Below are positions 22,611 to 35,040 of a stretch of DNA of 64,000 bases, piece by piece (positions within the stretch are counted from its first letter, which is position 1; each line of letters begins with the position of its first letter). The notes under the pieces were generated by a model that searched no databases, had not been told where the DNA came from, and saw nothing but the letters and a program-made list of their open reading frames with translations. Location: positions 6,574,063-6,638,062 of the forward strand of contig CM082582.2 of the NCBI GenBank assembly GCA_040954595.2. The letters are read 5' to 3'. A program made the translations under genes and the position numbers. The DNA comes from Balanoglossus misakiensis. Its lineage: Eukaryota; Animalia; Hemichordata.

Positions 22611-24543
22611 CATGACACTACTGCTGCTCACCTTTAACTCGTCATACCCCTGACCATGCCGCTCCGCGCGCTTCTTAATCAATTGCTCGGTCACTACAAA
22701 AAAAATCAAGATTTTCTGTAACTAGATTTCTCTCACATCTGCGTATCCGTCTGTTTTTAATGGCCGCGACATGCACATTTATTTTTAAAAGTATATGCTC
22801 AGGGTTGCGCTAAATCCACGTTTTATGCGTATATCTTTAACTAGCGTTTTGTAAACCTTATTTCACCGTCGTTACATCTACACTGTATACTCACTTTTTG
22901 TTTCAATTATGCCTGGACAGATGGCGTTGCAGGTAACGCCCGTCCCCAGGCTGGCCACGGCTGTTACCTTTTTAAAAAAAATCACAGTTGTTATTAACCT
23001 CGTCACACGCGGAAAGGTAATGCAAGAACGAACGAGAAAGCTGACGTCTAAAGTGTGAAAATAAAGTAACCTTGGTCAAACCATGAAGGCCGTGTTTTGA
23101 AGCCGCGTATGCTACGCATGTTTCGCCATCCACGGTCTTGCCTCGGACCGAAGAAATATTAATTATGCGCCCCCAACCTGAGAGAAAACAAAAATAGGAA
23201 AAAACGTCTTAGTTCATATACATGTATCTTTATGACGTACAAGAATGGGCAATTTCGTTTATTTTTTTACTATATCTCGATAATCAAAGGCGAAAACGTA
23301 GTCTTTGTATGTGGTGCGATTCAGGATATGAAGGATAATTTATAAAGATTATTGTCATATTAATGGTCAAATATGGATATAGGAGCAAAAGGTCTACCTT
23401 TCGTTTTCATATCACCCAATAATAGCCGGGTTAATTCAAATGGCGCCGTCAAGTTTGCAGCAATGATTTCGTCCCATTTCTCCGCCGGAAACTCCTCGAC
23501 TTTACCATCGTGTGCTGCACCTGTGAAAAGAACGTCGTGTGCAGGTGTAAGTAATTCGGAGTATTGCCGTGTTGATCTTCGAAACAATATGCAATAAAGT
23601 TCTGTAGCACTCTTTGATCAACAGAAAACTGCAGTCAACCACCCCATTTGCACATTTGCACCATTAACAGTTTCTATTGTTTAATTTTCACACTCAACTC
23701 TTCTTTTGTTTTCCCAAGGCACCTGGTCCTGCAAATATTTTCTAATTTGAATACCCATGATTCTCTGTTTCTCTGTTCATTCCACGTGTGCATCTGAAGA
23801 AGGGGACTACATGTTCCCGAAAGCTTATGCTGAAATTTAACTGTTGATCAAAGAGTGCTACAGAACTTTATTGCAAGGTGTAAGTAAGTAAGTAATATGG
23901 GGGTCACACATGCACCATTAAGAATCATTGTTCAGCATCAGTATGACAAATAACTGACCTGCATTGTTGACAAGGACGTCGACTCCAGCAGGATAGAGTG
24001 CTTTGATTGCCTTGCACGCATCTTCAATTTCTGTCCGATTCAGCAGATTTGCATGTACATAATGGGTTGTAACTTGGTGATTTCTTGAACACACGAAAAG
24101 CAAAACCGTTAGCTAGGAACTAGAGTTTTGGAATCTCTTCGTTCCTAATTGCCCTCGACCACAGACAGAGAAAAAACAGTTTTTTCTCTTTGTCTGTGCC
24201 TCGACAAAACATTAGACGCGCCAACCCTACCAATATCTTAATTTTTGCACAAGACTGAAAATTTCGTACCCAATCTACAATATATTATGGTTTTATCTAG
24301 TCGTCATACAGTAGGGTATAGCGGTTCGAAATATTTAGTATTTCCATTTTTAGAAATACAGGCGAAACAAATTTACTTTTCCAGTTGTTTTCTATGTGGT
24401 TCAACTTCTTCTGCGTTCCGTCTTCCATGTAAGATGATGGAATAGCCATTTCTAGCCAGGGATTTAGCGATTCCGTATCCCAATCCATCGGCTGAATTCG
24501 ATCCAGTGATCAAGGCCACTCTCCCAGCGTTACTGACTGCCAT
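22166..24543 (-). CDS. Short-chain dehydrogenase/reductase, D-3-hydroxybutyrate dehydrogenase-like, paralogue 2 (267 aa, 8 exons)
   Basis: Exons 24543-24377, 24083-23959, 23520-23398, 23177-23071, 22967-22895, 22693-22632, 22510-22457, 22258-22166. 804 nt, same intron positions and phases as paralogue 1. Motifs: TGSNSADGLGYG, VLVNNAG, GWGRIINISS, YAASK, GVTCNAICPG, ITGAEIPVDAGLWAM*. Confidence 0.93.
22555..22606. repeat. (CT)n microsatellite
   Basis: CT run with a few interruptions in intron 6 of SDR paralogue 2. Confidence 0.9.
23555..23875 (+). mobile_element. Penelope-like element remnant (solo pLTR with inverted end), same family as 18879-19463
   Basis: 12-bp TSD AGGTGTAAGTAA at 23543-23554 and 23876-23887. 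35-bp perfect inverted repeat at 23590-23624/23841-23875 plus a ~35-nt extension at 23555-23589. The body 23629-23875 is the reverse complement of ~18879-19125. Confidence 0.88.
23790..23830 (+). ncRNA. Minimal hammerhead ribozyme motif (PLE type), copy B
   Basis: GCAU-CUGAAGA-A-GGGGAC-UACAU-GUUCCC-GAAA-GCUU-AUGC. It differs from copy A only at the variable core position 7. Confidence 0.8.
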
Positions 24544-24758
24544 ACTGCAAAGGTACAAACACCTAAAAATCAACATTTTTTTAAAAATTGACACGCTTAC
24601 AATCACACAGATATACAATGACGCAATCATGACGACACCCAGAGGCACTTACAAACCAAACTGACAAAAGGTTTTTTGACCAACACAACCCCAACACCAA
24701 CCCTAACCTGTCAACAAACAACAAACGTGATATTTGTAAACAAACATTTGTTTATTGT

Positions 24759-24971
24759 ATCAATCAATCAATCAATCAACCAATAACAACTAACAAACAT
24801 ACAAACATACATACATACATACATACATACATACATACATACATACATACATACATACATACATACATACATGTCATACATACATACATGCATACACATA
24901 CATACATGTACATACATACATGCACGCACGCACGCACGCACACACACACGCACGCACACACACACACACAC
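24759..24971. repeat. Compound microsatellite (ATCA)n/(CATA)n/(CACG)n/(CA)n
   Basis: Runs of ATCA, CATA, GCAC and CA upstream of SDR paralogue 2. Confidence 0.95.
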
Positions 24972-25454
24972 TACAAACAAGGAGGAAGAGCTCCCTGTGA
25001 TCCAACCATTACAGGAAGTTCATCGGTTGTTCTTCAACTTCTTCACAGCCGATAACCGCTCAATCACTGGGCAGATTCAGGTCGATGCCTGACACAGTAC
25101 AAGACGAACAAGACAACTTTACCCAGATTAGTCGTCTTAATGGGCACTTACCCACGCCAGTCAATATTTAATACCTACAGCAGCATACATATCCAAGGTC
25201 TAAATTAAAGTTTGACCTTTCACTTTACTCAGTACATGTAGGACACGCGTGGGGGCGCTGTTACACCTACATGTACGGGCATTACTGGGAAATTATGCGT
25301 TATTCTTGACGTTTTGATCTTCAAATCAACATCAGTATTACGTCTTACCATCTTGACCAATTCCTTCTCTCCCTGCCTGTGTCTTCATGTACATTGTATA
25401 CTGATTGTTGGCATGACATCTGTGACTGGACAAGTTAAAAATAAATGCACAATG

Positions 25455-25472
25455 TGGCCACTGGGGGCGCTA
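25455..25472 (+). promoter_or_regulatory. CTCF-like motif between the ALT 3' end and the SDR2 5' region
   Basis: TGGCCACTGGGGGCGCTA closely matches the CTCF core CCASYAGRKGGCRS. Confidence 0.45.
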
Positions 25473-26413
25473 GCACACTCGGGTGCTCCTATATACCATT
25501 CACAACATTCAACAATGCACCCGTACACAATACACCATGCTATAAATCTATAAACAGAGAAACTACATCCAAACTGTACGTTTGAAAGCAGTGCATTTTA
25601 TTTTACACAGTACATTCATTGAGGGCATATAATTAGTTGTGATTGTGTAACACTCCATATGTACAGGGAAAGATGGTTACGACAACTGTACAAAGTTGTA
25701 ATAATCGCTTTACTTTTCTGAGAAGCGTCAAGCATGTATATTTGTGGCATCATCAATATTTGCATGTGTTTTTATATTACAAGTTGAGATTACATCTGAG
25801 ATTTATTAAGTATTTGAAAATACTACTATGTTGAGACAGAAAAAACTATGGAAACTGCTCTGCTGCAGTAAGTACTGCCATTTCACTTTTGATCAAAAAA
25901 GGGCCCCATTTTTGCAGTCAACTAAGGCTGGAAAACAAAACTGCAATGGGACTGAGTCTTAACTCGTACCCCATCACCTGTGAAATCCCCATAACTCTCC
26001 ACACAAAGTGTGGTGTCACTCTGTATAGCAGCATCACCTACCAAGATATACAAGACTATCTACTCTACAACTAATTCTTACACGACCACCCAAGTAATGG
26101 CAAGTTTGAGTTCATCTGGGTGTTTATGTTAGTGCAGTTGCTGTTTATTTAATTTCAATTTTAGTTCAAATCACAGTGAAGCCGGAAAAAAATCATCCTT
26201 AGAGACGATTTTGTATTCCCTTTACACATTCAAGCAGTGTTGTCAATGAAAACACATCAAGCAATCATTTCATATTATACAGACACCGATTGGTTCACAC
26301 TCCTACTGAAATACAATTATTAAGTTCTGACCTCAAAGTTGTTATTCTCGCATCTTTCCTTGTTTTTGCAGAAGCGAGAGATGTCTCGTTTCAGCTTCTT
26401 ATCAAATCAATCT

Positions 26414-29400
26414 CTAATCTTTGTACTTTTCCATGAATTTACCATGGAAATCCCGGAATCTCTGCATGACATCCTTGATCTTCTCAACGGATGGAAGGAT
26501 GGTCATTCTGAAATCAAAAAGATAGCAGTGCAACATGACTTCAACATGTTAGCCTGGTAAATTGCAAAGTCAAATACCACCACTAAAAACAACTGCGTTG
26601 GACAAAATACATTGGTGCAGGAAGACGTCAGCAACACTCAATAGCCTACAACCCCTACCTGAAATGGTATGTTCCATCCACTTGTCCAAACCCACTGCCG
26701 GCGACAACGCACACGCCGGTCTCCTCCAGGAATCGCATGCAATAAAAGGCATCCGGGGCCATTCCTTCTCCCTGTCGAGATTGCATCATATTATGCTAAT
26801 CAGTTCATCATTTCAATATATTAATGGATGTGAAATGTAACAGCAGTTACGTGGTTTTCACCACACATACATATAATATGATAATGAATTTATCCCATGG
26901 TCACAAAAACACTAACTCATCACCAGCAGATCAACACAACACAACTTGTACACAGACTGAGTAAACACTTTCCCAGACATCAGACATTTGTCATAGTACA
27001 GAGAGAATGCATATTACCCAAGTTTTGAACTGTGACCACCACAGACAACTCATGTCTTACTACATGACATGAAAAAGCAAATTTATGTACTTTGACGTTT
27101 TGCAAACTGAGTGGGTTTCCCTCAAGCTCATAGTTCTGGTAGTGCACAAGCTAGTCAATCAGACAGAAACTATTTCCATGATTAACTTCTGACACAAATG
27201 CTAGATTATCCCACCTTTGCTTTCTCAACGGCTTTCTTGGGCAGGAGAACTCTTGGGAAGGAGTACATGGCCCCCATCACTTCATTACACGAGACTCCGT
27301 CCACTGCGTCAAAGGTGTCGGCAACCAGTTTGGCTTTCTCTCTCAGTGACGCCAAGACTTCTTGTTTTTCCTGAAAAGAAAATTGTTTCCGTACAGAATT
27401 CCGCTTGCAAAATCTTTGATGACAACCACATCGAAAAACAAGCCTGCTGACTCACCTTCAGGAACTGTGCATAGGATGGTTCACCCTCTTGTGGAGGATT
27501 CACTGTACACTCCATGGTAATCTGCAAACAGATCAATTAGGGGAACTTTATAAAAAGTGACAAATGATTTGCATAACACACATTACACTTTAGCGTGACA
27601 ACTAAAAGATTCTGGCATGAGTAAAATTGAAGATGACAGTCAGTACATTATTCTTGTACCAACTAAAGTTTGAATAAAGTCATCCCAGAATATTGTCTGA
27701 GTTTGGCTCCAGACAGACAGACAGACAGACAGGCAAGTGCAGCAGCCGAGCGCACACACTGATAGGTGAAAACCACCCAATCTCATCTGTGGGGACAGAC
27801 TAATCGTGATGACAACTGACCTGTCCTAGAGTGGTTGGGCAAAGCTTGGCAGACACTAATTTCTTCAGCATGGCAAACACTTCTGTGTCGAAGTTGATGG
27901 CTTCCATGTAGCCACCACGCAGACCACACCTATAGAGTGGAAACACAAAATTAAACACAAAATTCAGAAATGGTAGAAACACTGAAGGCAGATTTTAAAT
28001 GAAACCCTCTTTCGAAGCAATAACGATTTTGCAAAAAATAAACCAAATAATGTACCCATCACACGGTAGTATAATGAACAGCAGTAATGATTTTGTGACA
28101 AGAGATTGAACACTCCGTTTTATTCTTTGGTTTCTAAAAGTCTCCTTACAGGCACATACCTTTAGCAAATAAGGTAAAATGTTTGAGGACTTTCTGTCAA
28201 AATCTGTCCGCAAAGTACATACTGCCTTAACCCTTCAAGCCCCAGGTTTCTATATAGAGGTCCAACTTTACAATGGAAAACAATAGGTATGGACTGAACC
28301 AATGCTGTGAAAGGGTTAAGCAGGAGAAATTGTTTTCCATACTTACTCTCCCATGAATCCTTTGGAAGTAGAATAGAAAGAGGCTAATTCCATGGTCTGA
28401 TATTGCGGTCCCATCTCACGCAAGACTTTCTTGAATGAGTGAAACTGGGCACCTTTTGCATAAATGTTCTCTTGATACACCTGAAAAATTATCAATTTAC
28501 TTTTACATTATGATTTCAAGTTTAAATTTCCATGATTTCCACTTATAATTATAGAATAGAACTTTAATTGACATTTATAAAACATCATCCTGTGGCTACG
28601 GTGTCTATACCAAAACCGAAGTAGTTTCCAGATGAAAATAACATATTTCCACATTTTAATTCTTGTCTAAAGCCGCGCTCACCTCATCAGCAATTATGAA
28701 TAAGTTTTCTTTGTGTGCGAACTTGATGATGTCCTCAATATTCTCACGGTTCAGTACTTGACCTGCAAACAAACATTTCTTCATTTTAGTGCCATGATGT
28801 CAGCCGTCAAGCTTGAAATGATCTTTGCACGCTGAACTTCAGTTTATCCAACACAGCATTGCAATGTAGCAAAACTAGAGAATTTCACACACTGGTTTAA
28901 AACTGAAAATTGTTTTATTTTGCCCTAAACCTACCGGTAGGATTTCCGGGATTAATGACAACTATAGCTACGGGATTGCTGTGCTTTCTGGCTTCCGTGA
29001 TTGACCGATTCATCTCTTCTGGTTTCAAGCTCCAGCCAGCGCCTTCATCCAAGAAGTAGCCGATCTGTGGGGAGGGACAGGAGAATTTACTGTAATAAGT
29101 TTTACGTGACATTACAGAATCTATTACCAGTATGTAATTAACAATATCAAAAATTGAGAAACAATGCTAGAAATCTTGGTAACCACGGCACGTAACCTTG
29201 ATTAAACACCAGTAGGAATATGCGCAATAGGCTGACCAAAACCAAATTAACATTTTATTCATGAAAGCAACTCAAAACTGTTTGTTTCTGTTTTGTTTTG
29301 TTTTGTTTTAATTGTGCGTTTTGCTTTGTTTGTTTGTTGTTGTTTTTTGAGGGGGTGTTAGGGGGGTTAACATTATTACACTCATTGTCTCTGACCTCTT

Positions 29401-32400
29401 AAGAAGACTACCACATAACAGTGACTACATTCTTCTGAAAGTTCACATACAGCGAAAACATCAACAAGACCCATCTTACCTGAACAGCGTCGAACTCGGC
29501 AAGAGAGGCTGAATAAAGTGGGTACTGGGGAATAGGGATCATGACACCAGATCTTTCCTTGCCTTCTCCAGAAATTAGACATTTCAGCAATGACTGCAAG
29601 ATACAAGATACGTATAAATCAGCCTTGCTGAACTTGCCCTTTAACCCTTTCACCACCATGGTTTAGTCCAAATCTATTGTTTTCCATGGTAAAGTTGGAC
29701 CTCTATAGAGGGAATGGGGGTGAAAGGGTTACTCTCCAGATCACTTACTAAATACAGAAAGGATATGCAGACTGTACATATCTTTTAGAATGTACAGGTC
29801 TACATGTACATGTATACTGTTCACTGTGCAACCATACAAGGTCAGATTTTTTGCAACCACTTTACTCAAGGACAAACAACTACAGTGTATAGCCTTATTC
29901 CTGGTACAGGGGAGTTTTAACACTGCCAGTTGCCAGGTCTATACTTACTCTAATGCCTTCGCTAGCACCGGCACAAAGGACTATATCATTGGGATCGCTG
30001 GGATGGCCGTCTCTTCTCTCTATGAAGGCCGCGATGTCTTGACGGATGGGTTCGATTCCAACACTGTCACTGTAGGAACCTGATGTAAATATGACCAATA
30101 CAGGGATGGTCACTTTCCACATATACTATACATACATGAATCTGTATCAGTAGACTATTCTACCACATACTTGTACATCCAAACACTGAAGGCATATATT
30201 ATCAGGGTGACAGTCATACATCACGCAAATGGCCCTGGCTGACATGACAGCTTCACATTCTCATCATACCAAACAGTCAGAGACCGAATTTGGGTCATTC
30301 TGAATTTTGTTTCATCTCCGAATTCCACAACTTTGGTTACTTTAGATAGTTTAGGATACAACCTCAGAGTCGAAGTTGATCCAATATTGAAAGTCCCACA
30401 CCGCCCCTTTAAAAATGTCTGATCTGTTGACAATGAATTGGTCATCTCTCTCGGGATCTGTGTGTTCACCACAGTCCTGACTTATCACTTACCAACACTT
30501 CCATTCTTGCACCCAGATAAGACCCTCCTGGCCCTAGCCTTCGCATCCTCTGGAAATTGGTCGCTGTTCAGAAGTTCCGGGTAAGTAGCAAGGGCAATGA
30601 CCTGTAATGGAATGGAACTCAAGGTCACTCATATAAAACAGGAAAGGATAGAACTCACAGAAAAATCTCTGGCAAAACCCAGGAAACTGGTCAATTAAAG
30701 CTATCTGTATGATGTTGCTGTATACATGTGATTATCATTTTCATAGAAATGCCACATTACGTCATCACTGTTTTGGCAAATTATAGATCTGTATTGAAGA
30801 ATAATAAATTCATAAATGTCAATTTCATGTAAGTCCTCCGAATTGCAATGAGGAAAGCATTTTGACAGCATATTCATATTACAATGTACTACTGGAAGCT
30901 CACATGACATCATTTATCTTCGATGAATTTCAATAAGGAGTTGAATATAAACCATTCAAGGTAACGTCAATGTCTGTGACCACCAGTCAAATGATAAGAC
31001 TATGCAAGGTCAATCTACAGCTCTGTGTGCCACACAGCTTAGACAATCTTAAATCTGTATTCTAACTGTATTATTTGACACAAGAAGACACTGGCTTTAG
31101 ATAAACGCATTAGTAATCTAAAAGTGAACACATCCTTCTAGACGCAATCATAAACACTAGTGTCTATGATGCAATCAGGCAGATACATACATGTACATGT
31201 ACATGACAATGAGAGATTCACAATAAAAAAAGGAACAAACTGCAGAAAAATACTTTATAAATCGCTTTGACTACCGAGCAATAATATACAATAAATTGTG
31301 CATATCTTTGGTGTTTTTAAACTCTGTTAAACCACCCAATCACTTCTCAATTGTTACGCAACAAATAATTTGTCACCTTATTGCCAGGTCATGTGATTAA
31401 TCACCTGATAATCTATCAACACAATAGCCAAGACCTTAGCCAGTTAGGGACCAGATCTGATTAATTCCATAGTAGTATTTAGATTGGAGTGTATCTGTCA
31501 TCAAGGGTGTAAAGATCTGCAGATATTATACACACACAACGTGGCCAATCTGCATTGGACAAAGTTCGAAATACAATACAAACATATGTAAGTTGTAAAA
31601 TGTGAATAACAGTTGGCTTGCACCAAAATTACCAATCAACCACTCACCTGTCTAATGAATGTAATTGGTTTCTGTCCTAAGGCATGCGCATCCCCAATGT
31701 TGCATTTGACTACATCCGCAAATGGCTTCTTCTCTCCCTGTGAGCAAGCGAGAAATTAGAAAATATAAGCGACGGTGTTTACAAAATGAAAGTAACTTCA
31801 TCCCATGTGGGATTCAACATGAATTCGTTATGGAATTACCAGTGCATTACAAATCTATCATCTGCAAAATGCTGTCATTGTCAAACTACTACAAGCCATG
31901 GTATCTGAAGAAGTTAAAAGGTCACTACAAGGTCAGTGTGACCGACCATCACGTATGCTGGTCTGGAGCACTTGATTGTAGGTGTGTCGTGTGTCGGGCG
32001 CTGGACGGTCTGATTTTCCCGTCTAACCTCCAACAACACAATAAGGCTGTGAGGCAAAACCTCGAGCTACAGTAATGTATAGTGAGAAGAATCACGATGG
32101 CCCTATATACCAATGTTACTGCTTGCTTCTTCCTGGAAGTGACCGTTCGAAATCGACATACCCACCCCCTAGGGCACTAATAAAATACAATACACCGTAC
32201 CAGTAGAGCTGCTTACGTGCATCGTTTGAACTTCTATTCTTCGAAAAACATTGAAAATCTGTCTCCGATGGCAATGTCGCCTGCTTATTTTAGCCAGTTA
32301 TGGCAACATATGATGATCATCAAGCCATTATTATACCTGTGCCAGCTCTTTTTCGAGCTCCGTTGCTCGGGCCACGATGGGACCCCTCACCGCATACTGC

Positions 32401-32570
32401 ATCGTGCGAACGTGTGGATTCATATTTTCCAACGTGACAACTTTCGGCCTTTTCGGCTGGCTTGTGTTAACGTTGGCGGCCATCGCTAAACGCCCGAGTA
32501 ATCCTTCCTGGGACTTTTCGAGGTGAGTTGTGATCACGGGTACGGCTCGGCGAGCTGCTCTAGAATACAT
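26414..32570 (-). CDS. GPT2: Alanine aminotransferase (GPT/GPT2 homologue), 519 aa, 13 coding exons
   Basis: Exons 32570-32337, 31737-31648, 30601-30493, 30079-29949, 29593-29480, 29064-28935, 28762-28683, 28480-28347, 27929-27821, 27521-27456, 27370-27215, 26771-26659, 26507-26414. 1560 nt, all GT-AG and in phase. Motifs: [58 protein letters not shown]-lysine [33 protein letters not shown]. Confidence 0.97.
28227..28319 (-). mobile_element. ~90-bp TTAA-flanked piggyBac-like MITE
   Basis: TTAACCCTT...AAAGGGTTAA; the interior is the reverse complement of the 29641 copy. Confidence 0.8.
29641..29731 (+). mobile_element. ~90-bp TTAA-flanked piggyBac-like MITE
   Basis: TTAACCCTTTCACCACCATGG...GGGGGTGAAAGGGTTA; TIR CCCTTTCACC/GGTGAAAGGG. 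Confidence 0.8.
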
Positions 32571-33237
32571 TGGAGAATCTGCGACGATGCTGAATATGGC
32601 AGCCTTGCCCAGATGGTACGACCGCTATGATTGGTCTAATCGTTAAACTTATACCCAAGGTTACGCCGCTGAACCCTGACTTTTCTATTCAAACTGTCGT
32701 GATTGGGTAGGATTGGCGTTCCAGGATAAAGTACTAGTAGTAATTTATGCAACTAGCTTGACATATAATATGGCGACGAACGGAAGCCATACACAAAATA
32801 CGTGTGTGACGTATGCCCATGTCGATTGCATGCAAATTATCTCCGGTTCGCCGCCTTCGTGATTCATTCAGGGGGCACACTGAGTTGAAATGAACATCAA
32901 ATTAATGAGTAAAAAGGAAGGTTTATCAGATTTTTTTTTCAAAAAGCTGCTTAAAGTATTTCGCTGATGCAGTTTTAAGTTGAAGTTTAGAGAAATGTGC
33001 AAAGAAAGTTACAAAGTTGGAAAACTTGCGAGATTAAGCCCATCATTCCCCCATATGAATAATAGTTCCATCCTGTACGTCACACTCCGCCATATTGGCT
33101 TCCCTGTTGATATCAGCTGAGGGGTATATCTACACAGCGATGCTTTACGTTTGTCAACAAACGCAACATACACTATATTTTGTCAAAATATAACGTCCTA
33201 TCCGCAGGTTATTTAAGTGAGGAGAGATCGAAGCAGC
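32571..33237. promoter_or_regulatory. Putative bidirectional promoter between ALT and the C16orf87 homologue
   Basis: Only 667 bp between divergent ATGs. YY1-like AATATGGCG (32767) and CCGCCATATT (33087) in opposite orientations, ATTGG (CCAAT) at 32630, 32702 and 32712, octamer ATGCAAAT at ~32830. Confidence 0.65.
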
Positions 33238-35040
33238 ATGGTTCATAAACCGTGTCCGAATTGTCGCCACCAGGTAAGGAAGTTTGGAATAACCCGACGT
33301 ATAATCGATATCCGGAGCCTTTGTCATCAGCCCAATCAGTTGTCACTGTGTTTGGATTGATCAAGTTGTTTTCAGCATATTTTCGCTTTACATCAAATAA
33401 TGCTCGCTACATTGACCTTACAGTGAATCATTTCATAGCTGCACTGCAGTAGACTACAACAACGATTTTGTTTCAGCATCAGTAAAGATTTGACTTGTCA
33501 AACAAGTATTGTAAACTTTAAATTAATATTCAAAATCGTTCTGTAATTGTATTGGCCAAGTAAAACTAATGGGTACAATGTATCGGCATTTATATCTAAA
33601 TAATAGTAAATACTCCTTTTCCTCCGATTTTTCCGATTCAATTAAACGAATTCGCATAATTAAGACAGCTCTTTGTTGTTTTGTACGTATTTTACAGTCC
33701 AATTTCTATCATTCAAGTAACTGAATCCTGACTCGTCTAAACACTTTCAGCTGTTTCCTGTCTTGTGTGACGCCCCCAGGGATCACTTTTCAATTGGATT
33801 TTTGTTGGTCATTTATGTTTACGTTTTTCTTTGTTGCTTGTTTCAGATTCCTGTTGCATGTAAAACTTGCCCCTGTGGCCATGTGTTTGCAAGAAGACCT
33901 TCGAATCCACTACCCACTGGTATTTTTAAATTGATTTTTTTTGTAATAAACATTTTAATTTATTTTATATTGTTTGTCACTCCCAGTCTTATGTGGTCTT
34001 TATAATTTGTTCATGCACCGATTATTTTAAAGTTCTGTTAGGCGTTGGGTGATTCATTCTGCCGGAAAATAGAGGGAGTGAAACGTGTATAGATCTTTTA
34101 TGTCGTGTCAGCTATTTCAAATATTTTAAAATTAATACAGAAAGCTGGCTTGTAAATTTCTATTAAATATCTCCTAGCTGACATTGCAATGTTTCTTTCA
34201 GCATATTGTAAAAAATGCACTCTCTCTTACAGAACAAACCGATATTAAAAGACGAAGAACAGAAAGAGTGAAGAGAGAACGCCCAGATTACTACAGTGCC
34301 AGTGAAATCGAAAATCATATCAGAAGGGTATGTATGCTATGTGATAACAATTATCAATTATCATAACAATTAAAAGTATTGTTATGTAAATCACTATATC
34401 AAACATTCTTGGTGAGAACATTGCTTTGTCTTGTCTAATGTCCAATTTTGACTTCTGTTGTTGTTTTTGTCCAATCAGATAAATGCATCAGCAAGGGCAT
34501 CTGGCTCATCATCCAATGGCAAAGACGGCAACGGTGAGGGAGGGGTGATCAAGAGACGCAAAGCAGGAAGACCAAAGGGCTCCCTCAACAAACCAAAAGA
34601 TAGTAAGTTTATAGCAGAACTACAGATATTGGTTTTACATATGCCATAATTTGATAAATACAAAATAATGTGTACAAATTAGACCAAATTCTTGGTGATA
34701 CTAAATTTAACTACATGTTGATTTGCTCACATAGGACCAGTTAGTTAGACATTAAGAAGACAAAGTTCTTTGATTGTCGTGGCGTATAAGTAATTTCAAA
34801 GGAATCACAAAGTAGTTGTACATGCTAGTGATTATAACGCGTATCTGAATGTCTGGGTCTTTTTGAGCAGATAAAGAGGACAAGGAAGAGGACATGTTTG
34901 CAAACGTCTCCACGGAGAAGGCACTGCTCTACTCGGTGGTGCTGGCGGAAATCAACCGGAAGATCCAGATGCAGTGGAGGGGACCGCCACAACCACCACA
35001 GACGCAGACGGACACACAAACCGAGCAAGGCATGGACTAG
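33238..35040 (+). CDS. C16orf87: UPF0547 protein C16orf87 homologue (165 aa, 5 exons; N-terminal zinc ribbon, AT-hook-like motif)
   Basis: Exons 33238-33273, 33847-33919, 34233-34327, 34479-34602, 34871-35040 (498 nt). [26 protein letters not shown]...KRRRTERVKRE...RRKAGRPKGS...EEDMFANVSTEKALLYSVVLAEINRKI matches the characteristic C16orf87 blocks. AATAAA at 35786 and 36063. Confidence 0.92.

Noticed and set aside
23590-23875. DNA-transposon MITE with 35-bp TIRs
   Set aside because: The TSD lies 35 nt outside the left repeat, and the sister copy carries GIY-YIG sequence and a hammerhead, so an inverted Penelope pLTR explains it better.
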